DNA of 64,000 bases from Planctomycetota bacterium. GTDB taxonomy: Bacteria; Planctomycetota; Planctomycetia; Pirellulales; UBA1268. Positions 41,236 through 51,278 of the stretch are shown in pieces. The stretch covers positions 1 to 64,000 of the forward strand of contig JAGWVR010000002.1 in NCBI GenBank assembly GCA_018970785.1. The letters are read 5' to 3'. A model generated the notes under the pieces. The model had not been told where the DNA came from. It did not search any database and was given only the letters and a program-made list of their open reading frames with translations. The position numbers and the translations under genes were made by a program. Numbering within the stretch: the first letter of the stretch is position 1; each line of letters opens with the position of its first letter.

Positions 41236-43520
41236 TCACGGATCACGTTGCGCCACCGTGTCACCGTGGCCTCGGGAGTGACGCGTGTCTCGGCCACCGC
41301 GACGCGGATCGAACGGAGTGCTTCGAGCACGACCTTGACCTGGCCGAGGATGTCGCGGGCCTGGGCGTTCTCGTCGTCCGCCGACAGCACCCGATCGGCG
41401 TCGACCTCCCCCTCGGCCTGCTGCACCGACCCATACCGTGCCGCGTAGACCAGCCACGGCTCGACGAGGTCGATCACCCCGGCGACGTCGAGGGCCGCGG
41501 CCGAGGCGAGCGGCTCCTCGTATTTCGTCAGCTGGGAGCCGGTCTCGAGCGGTGCCCCGGCCACGATCCGTGCCGCCTGCTTGGGCACGAAGCTGAGAAC
41601 GGCGACCTCGTCGCCGACTCCGATCGACGGCTGGATCTGCTCGTCGAGCCCGGCGCCGCCGAGGCGGAACGACCATACGCTTCCCCCCGGAACCTTGGTC
41701 TTCTCCGGCTCCGGAATCCGGTAGCCGGAGGGCACCGCGCTCGGGTCGACCGCGCGGATCTGCTCGACCAGTTCGTCGGCCAGCGAAAACAGGTCGCTGA
41801 GCCCCTCGCGGAACAGGGCCGCGTCGGTGAGCCGGATGGCGATCGCCGGCTCGACCAGCGGCAGCGGATCGGCCGACGCCGGCAGCGCTTCCGAAAGTCG
41901 CTTCGTGCGCCCCTTGTCGTCGATCACCAGCCCCAGCTGACCGTCGGCGGTGGCCGGAAGGATCTTCTTGCGGAGGATTTCGGTCGCCTTCGCCGCCAGC
42001 GGCGCGAGGCGTTCGTCGAACGCCTCGGCCTTGTCGCGATCATCTCCGGCGACCCGCGGCAGGACGTGGCGCCGGAGGAACGACATCGCCAGACCGCCGA
42101 CGGAGACCAACTCCTCGAACTGGGCGGCGTCGGTACGGCCGCGGATCACCCACGCCGCCAACGGGGCCCCGCCGACGTGCGCGGTCAGATCGAGTCGCTT
42201 CGACCCGTCGTACGGGCGGTTCTTCGACCAGTTCCAGTCGTAGCCCTCGTAGCCCGAGTCGGTCATGAACGAATAGCCCATCGTCGGCCCGGCGACCGGC
42301 ATCTGCCGGCGCATCGCGGCCGCGACCTTGTCGAGGATCCGCCGCGCTTCCGCCGCCGCCTCATCCGACAGCCCGGCGCGCTGCGCGGCCTGCTCGCTCA
42401 ACTCGGCCAACTGCTCGATGTCGGCGGTCGACCCCATTTGCAGTTTGTTGAGTGCCTCGCTGGCGTAGCTGATCGCGGTGATCGGCCGGCTGCGGTGCTC
42501 GCGGAGCGGTGCGAGGGCCGGCACGCTCACCAAACCCTTGCCGTCGCCCGGCGTGGCGAGCTTGTCGAGATGGTCGGCCGAGTCACCCAGCGAGAGGATC
42601 ACGCGATCACCGACCAGGCCCAGGGCCACCACCAGGTCGAGGTCCTGGAGCCGCTCAAGCACCGCCTCGAAGCCGTCGACGTCGAGATCGTCGATCATTC
42701 CCGCCATGAACTCGCCCCAGGGGATCATCGCCCCGTCGACCGTGATCGTCATCAGCTCACCGTCGCGGACCTTCTTCCGCGACACGGCCTTGGCGAGATC
42801 GGGATTCCCCTGGGTCACGAGATTCAGCATCGTCCGGAGCCGCTCGATCTGGGTCTTGGCGGCCGCGGCGTCGGTGATCTTGAAGCCCCAGACGAGGTCG
42901 GGAACCACGATCGACTCGACGTTGTCGACGAGCGTTTGGGCGATCAACCGCGCCTGGAGCCGCGACAGGTCGGGATCGACCGTGTCGGGCACCTGGCGGC
43001 GCACCGGCACGATCTCCGAACGCCGGCCGACGGCAGCGCCGTCCCCCGTCGCGCGCCCCATCTCGAGGAACCCGGCCGCCTGCTGGGCCCGGTTCACCTT
43101 TTGGAACAGGTCGAGAAGCGTGATGCACGACGGCTCGCCGTAGAGGAACACGTCGCTCGAGACCATGTCGGTGAGGACGGCGACGGCCTGCTTGTTCTCC
43201 GGCAGCTCGAGGAACGTCGCTGCCATCGACAGCGGGCTGCCGGGCTGGATCTTCTGCTCCTCCAGCGCGTCGAGGGCGCGCTCGACGGCGGGAAGCCGCT
43301 TCACCGACGCGAAGGCGTTGCTCGCCAGCACCTTCTCGACCTGCTCGCGGAGGCGGAGCGTGGCCGAGAGGAAGGCGGCGTCCGCCGGGACCATCGCCAC
43401 CCCCGTCATGAGGGCATCGTCGGCACGCCCCGACCCCGACACCACGAGCGGGCAGGCGGCGACAAGGCTCGACAGCGCGACGAGGAACCGGGCCGAACGA
43501 CGATCGTGGAGAGCGTTCAT
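41217..43520 (-). CDS. Secreted hypothetical protein, 767 aa
   Basis: Signal peptide MNALHDRRSARFLVALSSLVAACPLVVSGSGRA. Long high-GC3 ORF, no recognised domain. 19-nt convergent overlap with the ribD 3' end. Confidence 0.5.
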   Translation of the reverse strand: MNALHDRRSARFLVALSSLVAACPLVVSGSGRADDALMTGVAMVPADAAFLSATLRLREQVEKVLASNAFASVKRLPAVERALDALEEQKIQPGSPLSMAATFLELPENKQAVAVLTDMVSSDVFLYGEPSCITLLDLFQKVNRAQQAAGFLEMGRATGDGAAVGRRSEIVPVRRQVPDTVDPDLSRLQARLIAQTLVDNVESIVVPDLVWGFKITDAAAAKTQIERLRTMLNLVTQGNPDLAKAVSRKKVRDGELMTITVDGAMIPWGEFMAGMIDDLDVDGFEAVLERLQDLDLVVALGLVGDRVILSLGDSADHLDKLATPGDGKGLVSVPALAPLREHRSRPITAISYASEALNKLQMGSTADIEQLAELSEQAAQRAGLSDEAAAEARRILDKVAAAMRRQMPVAGPTMGYSFMTDSGYEGYDWNWSKNRPYDGSKRLDLTAHVGGAPLAAWVIRGRTDAAQFEELVSVGGLAMSFLRRHVLPRVAGDDRDKAEAFDERLAPLAAKATEILRKKILPATADGQLGLVIDDKGRTKRLSEALPASADPLPLVEPAIAIRLTDAALFREGLSDLFSLADELVEQIRAVDPSAVPSGYRIPEPEKTKVPGGSVWSFRLGGAGLDEQIQPSIGVGDEVAVLSFVPKQAARIVAGAPLETGSQLTKYEEPLASAAALDVAGVIDLVEPWLVYAARYGSVQQAEGEVDADRVLSADDENAQARDILGQVKVVLEALRSIRVAVAETRVTPEATVTRWRNVIRDQPSGL

Positions 43521-43692
43521 GGCTCACTCCGGACGGGAAGACGAACTCGGGGAACGGGGCCCTTCACCGCACCGGGTCGGCGGCGTGTGCGGCCCCGGGT
43601 CATGGCCGGGCTCACGCCGGAACGGCACGGGCAGGTCAGCTAACCCCCCAGTGTGACACGCCGTCGCGTCGCAAGTCCATCGGAAGTTGGCA

Positions 43693-43708
43693 GGGCAATC
43701 GGTTTGCT
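43693..43708 (+). promoter_or_regulatory. Candidate sigma-54 (-24/-12) promoter gGGCAAtcggtTTGCt upstream of ftr/fhcD
   Basis: GG-N10-GC spacing is correct. 9 of 11 conserved positions of TGGCACG-N4-TTGCW match. About 100 nt upstream of GTG 43809. Confidence 0.3.
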
Positions 43709-43808
43709 GTGGAATTGTCCCGGCCCGCCGGCGTCCCCGGTCGTCACCGACGCCACGCCGGCTCGGCCGCCGACCGACCCCCGCTCACTCCCAGCCGATC
43801 GTTTTCGT

Positions 43809-44720
43809 GTGGAGACGCGCCGTCCCGTGGACATCGCCGGCACCGCGATCGCCGACACCTTCGCCGAGGCGTTCCGCCTCCGGTACGCGCGCCTGGTGGT
43901 GACCGCTGCCGACGATCACTGGCTTGCCGCGGCCACGGCCACCGTCTGCGGCTATGGCACGAGCGTCCTCGGCTGCGACGCCGAAGTCGGCGCCGAATCG
44001 CCGCTCGCACCGGATGCCACGCCCGATGGCCGGCCCGGCGTGGCGATCATGCTGTTCGCGTTCACCGCCGACGACGTCGGCCGGGCGGTCGCCAACCGGA
44101 CCGGACAATGTCTCCTCACCTGCCCGACCGTGTCGGTCTACGACGGGTTGCCCGCGGCGGAGGAACGGCGCCCGCTCGGGGCCCACGTGCGCTACTTCGG
44201 TGACGGCTTCGAGAAGACGAAGGTGATGGCCGGACGGCGGTACTGGCGCGTGCCGGTGATGGACGGCGAGTTCGTCGTCGAGGACAGCGCCGGCATCGAG
44301 AAGGGGGTCGGTGGAGGCAACCTCATCCTCCAGGGAAGCTCGGCCCCCGCCGCGCTCGCCGCGGCCCGCCGGGCCGTCGCCGCGATCGCCGCGCTCCCCG
44401 GTGTGATCACGCCGTTTCCCGGCGGCGTCGTGCGGTCGGGAAGCAAGGTCGGGTCGCGGTCTGGCGCCCTCCGCGCCAGTTCCAACGAAGCCTTCTGCCC
44501 GGGGTTGGCTGGTCGGGTGAAAAGCGAGCTGCATCCCGAGGCCGGTTGTGCGCTGGAGATCGTGATCGATGGCCGCGACGAGCAGGCCGTCGCGGCCGCG
44601 ATGGCCGCGGGAATCGTCGCCGCCGCCGGGAACGACCTCGTCGCCATCTCCGCCGGCAACTACGGTGGCAGGCTGGGCAAGTTCCACTTCCGGCTCCATG
44701 ACCTTCCCGGTCTCGGCTGA
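43809..44720 (+). CDS. ftr: Formylmethanofuran--tetrahydromethanopterin N-formyltransferase (Ftr / FhcD-type), 303 aa
   Basis: Near-full-length alignment to the Ftr family: DTFAEAF, RLVVTAADDHWLA, LRYFGDGFEKTKV, RRYWRVPVMDGEFVVE, GGGNLILQG, PFPGGVVRSGSKVGS, AGNYGGRLGKFHF. Start set at GTG 43809 (METRRPVDIAG..., matching the Ftr N-terminus) rather than ATG 43653. Confidence 0.75.
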   Translation: METRRPVDIAGTAIADTFAEAFRLRYARLVVTAADDHWLAAATATVCGYGTSVLGCDAEVGAESPLAPDATPDGRPGVAIMLFAFTADDVGRAVANRTGQCLLTCPTVSVYDGLPAAEERRPLGAHVRYFGDGFEKTKVMAGRRYWRVPVMDGEFVVEDSAGIEKGVGGGNLILQGSSAPAALAAARRAVAAIAALPGVITPFPGGVVRSGSKVGSRSGALRASSNEAFCPGLAGRVKSELHPEAGCALEIVIDGRDEQAVAAAMAAGIVAAAGNDLVAISAGNYGGRLGKFHFRLHDLPGLG

Positions 44721-44810
44721 CCGTCACCCCGGTTGCCCTTCTCCCGGCCCCGTCGGCTTTGGTATTCCCTTCCGCCGCACGAAAGCCGGTGTCCGCAGGG
44801 AGGATCGACG

Positions 44811-47174
44811 ATGGCCGACCGTCCGTCACGACAGCTGCTCGTCGTGCGGCCACGGAGCCTGGGCTGGCCCTACCTGCTCGGTGCGACCGCCGGCCTCTGT
44901 GGTGGTGCTCTCACCCTGTGGACGGTCGCCGGCCTCCGGCCGACCGCGCGGGGAGAGTCGGGCCAACCGGCCGCGCCGGTCGTCGTCGACGCCGTTCCCG
45001 ACCTGACCGCGGCCCCCGTGCCTCCGCCGCCGTCGTTCGACCCACCCCCGGCGCCGGAGCTCCTCGAACCCCCGAGCGACGCTCGGTCGCTCGATGCCGT
45101 TCCGGATGAAGTCGCGGCCGCGGCGGCTCCGCTGGCAAACCCGCCCACGCCGCTCGACACCCGCCATGAGCGTCCTCTGTCGCGGTTTTCGGCGGCCTCC
45201 GACGATCGATCGGCGGCGCCACCGCCGTGGCCGCGGACGGCGCCCGCGGGCGACCTCCCCGATGCCCCGGCGCCCCCGCCGATCGCGATCACGACCAGCG
45301 CCGATCTCGCTGACGGTCCGGCGGCGGACGAGGAACCGGTCGCGCCCGGGGTTGACGAACTGCCCGTTGACGATCCCCCGGCACCGCTGACCGGCTCCGG
45401 TGAGCTGCCTGTTGGGGAGCCGGCCCCTGTGGCCGGACCGGGCGCGGCGGTGGGACGGCAACCACCGCTCCGACCGGCGCCAGCTCCCCTGGCGCCCGCG
45501 CCGTCGTCTCCCGTGGCACCGCTGCAGGCGGCAAGCGGCTTCGACGATCCCGACGCCCCGATTCCGATCGACGCGCTGCCGCCACATTTCGGCGGGCAGG
45601 CACCGGGATCGGGACCGGTGAGCGGCAATCCGGCCGGATCGCCGTTCGCGGCCGCGCCCCCGCTCGGCACCGCGAACGGTCCCTCCCCGCTGCCCGGCAT
45701 GCAGCCATCCGTCGGCATCCCTGCGACGCCGACGATGCCGGGGGCGTCGCGCACGGTCACGGCCGGACAGGGGCGCCCCGGCCCCAAGCAGCTCGAGGGG
45801 GTCCAGACACCGCAACTCACGCTCGAGAAACGCGGCCCGCGCGAGGTGCAGGTCGGCCAGGCATGCCGCTACGAAATCCTCGTGCGCAACGTCGGCGCCG
45901 CCGTCGCGCAGGACGTCGTCGTTCACGACACGGTGCCCTACGGAACGACGCTCGTCGCGACCAGCCCCCCGGCCAGCCCCGGGGCCGATGCCGCGACCGG
46001 TGACCTCGTGTGGCGGATCGGAACGCTGCCTCCCGGGTCGCAGGTCCGCGTCGCCGTCGAGCTGATGCCGACGCTCGAAGGGGAGATCGGCAGCCTGGCG
46101 AGCGTGACGTTCCGTGCCGAGGCGGCCGTTCGGGCGCGGGCCACCAAGCCCGCGCTGGTCCTCGAGGCGCGGCCGACCGAGCCGGTGCTCGTCGGCGGCA
46201 GCCTCCCACTGGCGATCACCGTCAGCAATCCGGGCACCGGCACCGCCACCGGCGTGGTCCTCGAGGGGGTCGTGCCCGAGGGGTTGGCCCATCCGGCCGG
46301 CCGCGAACTGGAATTCGACGTCGGCCGCCTCGCCCCGGGGCAGTCGCGGTCGATCGACCTCGAGCTGGGCACCACCGGTCCCGGCGTGCACAGTCTCCAA
46401 CTCGTCGCCCGTGCCGACGGCGCGCTGGAGGTCGTCACCCCGGTCCGACTCGAGGTCACCGCGCCCACGCTCGAAGTCGCCGCCGAGATCCCCGCGCGGC
46501 GCTACCTGCAGCGCCCCGCCACCTGCCTGCTGTCGATGCACAACGCCGGCACGGCGCCGGCGCGCGATGTCGAGCTGGTCGCCCAACTGCCTGCCGGTCT
46601 GAAGTTCGTCCGCACCAACAACGCCGGCTATTACGACGAGCGCTCCCACCGCGTGCTGTGGAACCTCGAGGAACTGCCGGCGGCCGAGACCGGCGGTGTC
46701 GAACTGGTGGTGATGCCGGTGGAGTTGGGGCCGCAGAAGATCGTCGCGGCAGCGCGAGCCAGCGGCGGACTTGCCGACCAGGCGGTCCACGTCATCGAGG
46801 TCGAAGGCCTGGCGGCACTGTCCTTCGAGGTCACCGACAGCGAGGATCCGATCGAGGTCGGCGGGCTCACCGAATACGTCGTCCGTGTCTCCAACCAGGG
46901 CACCAAGGCGGCCAGCGGCGTCCGCCTCGTCGCCACGCTGCTCGGCGACGTCGAGCCGGTGGCGGCCAAGGGCCCGGTGCCGTACCGGCTCGACAACCTG
47001 GCGATCACGTTCGAGCCGTTGACGCGGCTGGCACCGGCCGAGGAAGCAGTCTACAGGGTGCGGATCCGCGGCCGTCGGCCCGGCGACCAGCGCGTCCAGA
47101 TTCAGCTCACCACCGACGACCAACCGGCGCCGATCACCAAGGAAGAGGTGACCCGCGTCTACGCCGACCGCTGA
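44811..47174 (+). CDS. DUF11 (conserved repeat domain) protein with an N-terminal membrane anchor and a long Pro-rich linker, 787 aa
   Basis: GGGAGG RBS 8 nt upstream of ATG 44811. One TM helix, then about 300 aa Pro/Ala-rich. C-terminal tandem Ig-like DUF11 repeats (VVVHDTVPYGTTLV, GVVLEGVVPEGLAH, LVAQLPAGLKFV, LVATLLGDVEPV). Confidence 0.6.
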   Translation: MADRPSRQLLVVRPRSLGWPYLLGATAGLCGGALTLWTVAGLRPTARGESGQPAAPVVVDAVPDLTAAPVPPPPSFDPPPAPELLEPPSDARSLDAVPDEVAAAAAPLANPPTPLDTRHERPLSRFSAASDDRSAAPPPWPRTAPAGDLPDAPAPPPIAITTSADLADGPAADEEPVAPGVDELPVDDPPAPLTGSGELPVGEPAPVAGPGAAVGRQPPLRPAPAPLAPAPSSPVAPLQAASGFDDPDAPIPIDALPPHFGGQAPGSGPVSGNPAGSPFAAAPPLGTANGPSPLPGMQPSVGIPATPTMPGASRTVTAGQGRPGPKQLEGVQTPQLTLEKRGPREVQVGQACRYEILVRNVGAAVAQDVVVHDTVPYGTTLVATSPPASPGADAATGDLVWRIGTLPPGSQVRVAVELMPTLEGEIGSLASVTFRAEAAVRARATKPALVLEARPTEPVLVGGSLPLAITVSNPGTGTATGVVLEGVVPEGLAHPAGRELEFDVGRLAPGQSRSIDLELGTTGPGVHSLQLVARADGALEVVTPVRLEVTAPTLEVAAEIPARRYLQRPATCLLSMHNAGTAPARDVELVAQLPAGLKFVRTNNAGYYDERSHRVLWNLEELPAAETGGVELVVMPVELGPQKIVAAARASGGLADQAVHVIEVEGLAALSFEVTDSEDPIEVGGLTEYVVRVSNQGTKAASGVRLVATLLGDVEPVAAKGPVPYRLDNLAITFEPLTRLAPAEEAVYRVRIRGRRPGDQRVQIQLTTDDQPAPITKEEVTRVYADR

Positions 47175-47191
47175 CCGGGCGGACCGGACGG

Positions 47192-49261
47192 CTACCGCCG
47201 CAGTTCCGCCCCGACCCCGGCGGCGCAGGCTTCGACGATCCGGCCGACGGCGGTGTTGGCCTCGTCGCCCGAGATGCTCCCCGATCGGGGGCGGAGGGCG
47301 AGCGAGACCACGAAGCTCTTGCGGTCGGTGCCGAGGCGCTCGGCATCCTCCCAGACCTGCACCAGCTCGCAGCGCTCGAGCAGCGCGCCGCCGGCGGCGG
47401 TGATCAGCCGGCACACCATCCCCCACGGAACGGCGCGGCCGACGACGAGGTTGACGTCGCGGAGCACGACCGGAGAGTCGCTCGTCGGCACGAGCACGAC
47501 CTCCTCGCCGAGGGCGAACTCGAGCCGGTCGAGCCGCACCTCGGCGGCCGCCACCGGCGCGGATAGCGACAGCCGCGTCCGCTCGGAGGCGGCGACCTCG
47601 CCAGCGACGCCGATCCGCTCCGCCGGGTGGCCCGGCCGGTGGAGGACGATCTCGGCCGCTCGCCCTGCCGTGAACGGTCCGAGATCCGCCGGGCGCCACT
47701 CCACACCGGCATGGCCGGCGGTGCCGTCCCAGGGGCCGATCCGGAGCCGCCGCAGGAGCGTTTCGACTGCCCCCTTGGCGGCAGCGAAGTCCCCGCCCCT
47801 CACCAGCGCCACGAGCAACGGCTCGTCGACCGGGCCTTCCTCGGCCGACCGGCCGCCGGCGTCGCCGGCGAGATACGCGTGGGCCACCTCGAACAGATCC
47901 GCCGGGCCGGCGCTGACCGCTTCGTTGCCCGCCCGGGCCTCGAGCAGGCTCGGAACGAGCGACCTCCGCAGCCGATCGGCGCCGCGCACCAGCGCCGGCG
48001 TGATCATCAGCGGCGGGCTGGTCGTCCACGGGCTACCTGCCTCCTCCGCGGCCGCCGGCACGACGCTGCGGGTCAGCGCCTCGCACAGTCCGATCGCCGC
48101 CAGGCAGTCGGTCGCCACCCGCACGATCCGCGTCCGCGGGGCGACCTCCACCGGGCGTGTCGCCAGCGGCATCGAGTCGGGGATTGCCGCGTAGCCCTCG
48201 ATCCGGCCGATCTCCTCGACCAGGTCGATCTCGCGGGTGCAATCACGCCGCCAGGAGGGGGCCCGCCAGCGCGCAGGCGACGAAGGCGGTGCGGCCTCGA
48301 CGAACCCGAGGCCGCCGAGGATCCGCCGCTGCCGCTGCTGGTCGATCTCGATCCCGAGGACCTCGGCGGCCCGCCCGGCGCGCAGGGGGATCGTCGCCTG
48401 AGGCGCGTGGAGCGTGCCCGCGGTGGCGACCCCGGCGGCGAGAACGCCGCCGGCCAGCTCGAGGATCAACGCGCAGGCCCGGCGGCTCGCCCAGTCGACC
48501 GCGGCGGGATCGGGTCCGCGCTCGAAGCGGTACGACGACGGGCTGGAGAGCACCAGACCGCGGGCCGCGGCGCGGACCGCCAGCGGGGCGAACTGCGCCG
48601 ATTCCAGGAGCACGTCGACCGTCGCCGGGCCGATCTCCGTTCCCAACCCCCCCATCACTCCCGCCAGCGCCACCGGTCCGCGCTCGTCGGCGATCACCCC
48701 CATCGCGGCGGTGAGGCGGTAGTCGCGGTGGTTGAGCGCCGTGAACGCCTCACCGTCACGGGCCCGGCGCACGGTGATCCGGGAGCCATGGAGGGCACGG
48801 AGGTCGAAGGCATGGAGCGGTTGACCGCATTCGAAGAGGACGTAGTTGGTGACGTCGACGACGTTGTTGACCGGCTCGACGCCGATGGCGCGCAACCGCG
48901 CCTCGAGCCAGTCGGGGCTCGGCCCGACGCGCACGCCACGGATCACGCGGGCGGTGTAGCAGGGGCAGAGCGTGGCGTCGTCGATCGCGACCGTCAGCCC
49001 TGACGGCGGGCCGGTCTCCGCGGGGCGCGGGTCGGGTAGGTGGAGCGGCCGGTCGAGGAGGACCGCCAACTCGCGTGCGACACCGACGTGACCGAGACAG
49101 TCCGGCCGGTTGCTCGTCACCTCCAGTTCGATGACCGCGTCGTCGCCCGAGCCGTGGAGCGCCTCGAGATTGAGGCCGGCCATCAGCAGCCGCTCGGCGA
49201 GCGCCGCGGCCGGTTCGTCGAGCCGCACGTAATCGGACAGCCAGGCACGGGAGACGAGCAT
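47192..49261 (-). CDS. pheT: Phenylalanine--tRNA ligase beta subunit
   Basis: MLVSRAWLSDYV N-terminus, B3/4 and B5 domains, C-terminal anticodon-binding region. 689 aa from ATG 49261 (GGAG 7 nt upstream). The upstream 287 residues of ORF 47192..50122 are out-of-frame artefact. Confidence 0.85.
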   Translation of the reverse strand: MLVSRAWLSDYVRLDEPAAALAERLLMAGLNLEALHGSGDDAVIELEVTSNRPDCLGHVGVARELAVLLDRPLHLPDPRPAETGPPSGLTVAIDDATLCPCYTARVIRGVRVGPSPDWLEARLRAIGVEPVNNVVDVTNYVLFECGQPLHAFDLRALHGSRITVRRARDGEAFTALNHRDYRLTAAMGVIADERGPVALAGVMGGLGTEIGPATVDVLLESAQFAPLAVRAAARGLVLSSPSSYRFERGPDPAAVDWASRRACALILELAGGVLAAGVATAGTLHAPQATIPLRAGRAAEVLGIEIDQQRQRRILGGLGFVEAAPPSSPARWRAPSWRRDCTREIDLVEEIGRIEGYAAIPDSMPLATRPVEVAPRTRIVRVATDCLAAIGLCEALTRSVVPAAAEEAGSPWTTSPPLMITPALVRGADRLRRSLVPSLLEARAGNEAVSAGPADLFEVAHAYLAGDAGGRSAEEGPVDEPLLVALVRGGDFAAAKGAVETLLRRLRIGPWDGTAGHAGVEWRPADLGPFTAGRAAEIVLHRPGHPAERIGVAGEVAASERTRLSLSAPVAAAEVRLDRLEFALGEEVVLVPTSDSPVVLRDVNLVVGRAVPWGMVCRLITAAGGALLERCELVQVWEDAERLGTDRKSFVVSLALRPRSGSISGDEANTAVGRIVEACAAGVGAELRR

Positions 49262-49332
49262 CGGGGGCTCCTGAGAATCGTCATCCCCGCGGCGGCGGGC
49301 GGGAGGGCGTCGGGGCGGCAGCCGCTGCAGGC

Positions 49333-50358
49333 TCAGAATTGGCGCAGGAAGCGGACGTCGTTGCGGTAGAAGTCGCGGATGTCGGCCACGCCGTGGCGCC
49401 GCGCGGCGATCCGCTCGACCCCCAGACCGAAGGCGAATCCCGAGACGGTCTCCGGGTCGAGTCCGACAGCGGCGAGGACCGCCGGATCGACCATTCCGGC
49501 ACCCCCCATCTCCACCCAGCGGCCGCCCCACTCCATGTCGACCTCGACGCTCGGCTCGGTGAACGGGAAGAACGACGGGCGAAACCTGACCCGGACTCCC
49601 GGCCCGAGAAACCCGACGGCGAGGAGGCGGAGGGTGGTCTTGAGATGGGCCATCGTCGCCCCCGGCTCGACGAGCAGCCCCTCGACCTGATGGAACATCG
49701 GGTAGTGGGTCGCATCGGCGGTGTCGGGGCGGTAGACGCGCCCCAGCGACACGATCCGCAGGGGTGGTCGGCGCCGTTCCATCACCCGGATCTGCACGGT
49801 GCTCGTCTGGGAGCGCAGCAGCAGCGGCTCGGCGCCCCGGGCGACGGCGAGGAAGAAGTTGTCGAGCGGATCGCGGGCGGGGTGCTCCGGTGGGATCGCC
49901 AGGGCGTCGAAATTGTGCCACTGGTCCTCGACTTCCGGCCCGTCGACGCTTTCGAAACCGAGCCGCGCCATGATCTCCTCGACGCGCCGGATCGTCTGCG
50001 TGATCGGGTGGACGTGGCCGAGGGGCGCTGCCGCGCCGGGGAGCGTGACGTCGATCGGCACCACCCGCTCCGGCCGTGCCGCGACCCGCTCCTGGGCCGC
50101 GGCCAGTGCGGCGGCGAGCCAATCCTTGAGTTCGTTGAAGTGCCTCCCTGCATCGCGCCGCTGTGACGGATCGACTGCGGAAAGGGACTTCTGGATCGCC
50201 TTGAGCCGGCCGCTGCGGGCGCCGAGCAGTTCCACCCGGGCGCGCTCGACGGCGGCGGCATCGGCGGCGCCGGCCAGGAGGTCCTCGGCAGCGCTGCGGC
50301 AGCGGCCGATCTCCCCGATCAATTCGTCGAGCGACACGTCAGCCACGCGACTGAGCAT
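49333..50358 (-). CDS. pheS: Phenylalanine--tRNA ligase alpha subunit
   Basis: Class II aaRS motifs ([24 protein letters not shown]). Start MLSRVADVS at 50358, 17 codons inside the ORF-track start. Confidence 0.85.
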   Translation of the reverse strand: MLSRVADVSLDELIGEIGRCRSAAEDLLAGAADAAAVERARVELLGARSGRLKAIQKSLSAVDPSQRRDAGRHFNELKDWLAAALAAAQERVAARPERVVPIDVTLPGAAAPLGHVHPITQTIRRVEEIMARLGFESVDGPEVEDQWHNFDALAIPPEHPARDPLDNFFLAVARGAEPLLLRSQTSTVQIRVMERRRPPLRIVSLGRVYRPDTADATHYPMFHQVEGLLVEPGATMAHLKTTLRLLAVGFLGPGVRVRFRPSFFPFTEPSVEVDMEWGGRWVEMGGAGMVDPAVLAAVGLDPETVSGFAFGLGVERIAARRHGVADIRDFYRNDVRFLRQF

Positions 50359-50492
50359 CCTTTCCCGTGGGGGCAACGACCGCCGGGTCTGTCCGCCGGG
50401 AGCGACCACGGCCGACCTGCAGCGAGCCCACGACCGTGGCCGTCAGCTCCGACACCGCCGGCAGCCGACGCCGGGCCCAACGCCGCCGGATC

Positions 50493-50870
50493 TCAGGCAG
50501 CGCCCGCGGGAGCCGGCGCACCGAGCGCTGCACGGACCCGCTCGACCACGGCGTCGAATCCGGTCGGATCGAGCACCGCCATCTCGGCGAGGGTCCGCCG
50601 ATCGAGCTCGCAGCCGCACTTCTCGAGGCCGGCGATGAACTGGCTGTAGCGGAGGCCACGCTGCCGCACCGCGGCATTGATCCGCACGATCCACAGGCGC
50701 CGGAAATCGCGCTTCCGCCGCCGCCGGTCGCGGCGGGCGAAGACGCCGGAACGGATGATCGATTCCTTGGCGGTGCGGAGGAGACGCCGACGTCCGCCGA
50801 CCGAACCCTTGACCCGCTTGAACAGACGCTTCTTGGCCCGCAGACGGGGCACGACGCTCTTGGTGCGCAT
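50493..50870 (-). CDS. rplT: 50S ribosomal protein L20
   Basis: [22 protein letters not shown] is the canonical L20 N-terminus; 125 aa. The upstream 32 residues of the ORF are artefactual. Confidence 0.9.
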   Translation of the reverse strand: MRTKSVVPRLRAKKRLFKRVKGSVGGRRRLLRTAKESIIRSGVFARRDRRRRKRDFRRLWIVRINAAVRQRGLRYSQFIAGLEKCGCELDRRTLAEMAVLDPTGFDAVVERVRAALGAPAPAGAA

Positions 50871-51023
50871 GGCTCGGATTTCCGGAATCGTTCCGGGATG
50901 AACCCGGAGGTGGTCTGTTGCAGGAGGGTAGAGGCTACACGACGGGGATCGGTTGGGGAATGACACTCGCCGCCGACCGGGGGGAACGCCCCGGGAATGG
51001 TCGGCGCCGACCGGCGCGGCGGA

Positions 51024-51227
51024 TCAGTAGCTGTATTTGCCGAGGGCCGCCACGATCTTCGGCGTGTCGACCGAGGCGAGGACACCGGTGCCACGGAGAT
51101 TGCGCCGCCGCTTCGCCGTCAGCCTCACCTGGAGGTGGCTCGTACCGGCGCGGCGGTGCTTCACCTTGCCGTTGGCGGTGAGACGGAAGCGCTTCCGCAC
51201 ACCCTTGTGGGTCTTCTGCTTGGGCAT
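51024..51227 (-). CDS. rpmI: 50S ribosomal protein L35
   Basis: MPKQKTHKGVRKRFRLTANGKVKHRRAG; 67 aa. Confidence 0.9.
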   Translation of the reverse strand: MPKQKTHKGVRKRFRLTANGKVKHRRAGTSHLQVRLTAKRRRNLRGTGVLASVDTPKIVAALGKYSY

Positions 51228-51278
51228 CGGTCGGCTCTCCGGAAAAACGGGGTGACTCGAAACGTTGAGCTGCAGCGA

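Noticed and set aside
43653-43808. ATG at 43653 as the start of the formyltransferase gene
   Set aside because: The 52 extra residues have no counterpart in the Ftr family, whose N-terminus aligns from the GTG at 43809. A candidate promoter lies inside this stretch. The ATG is kept only as an alternative.
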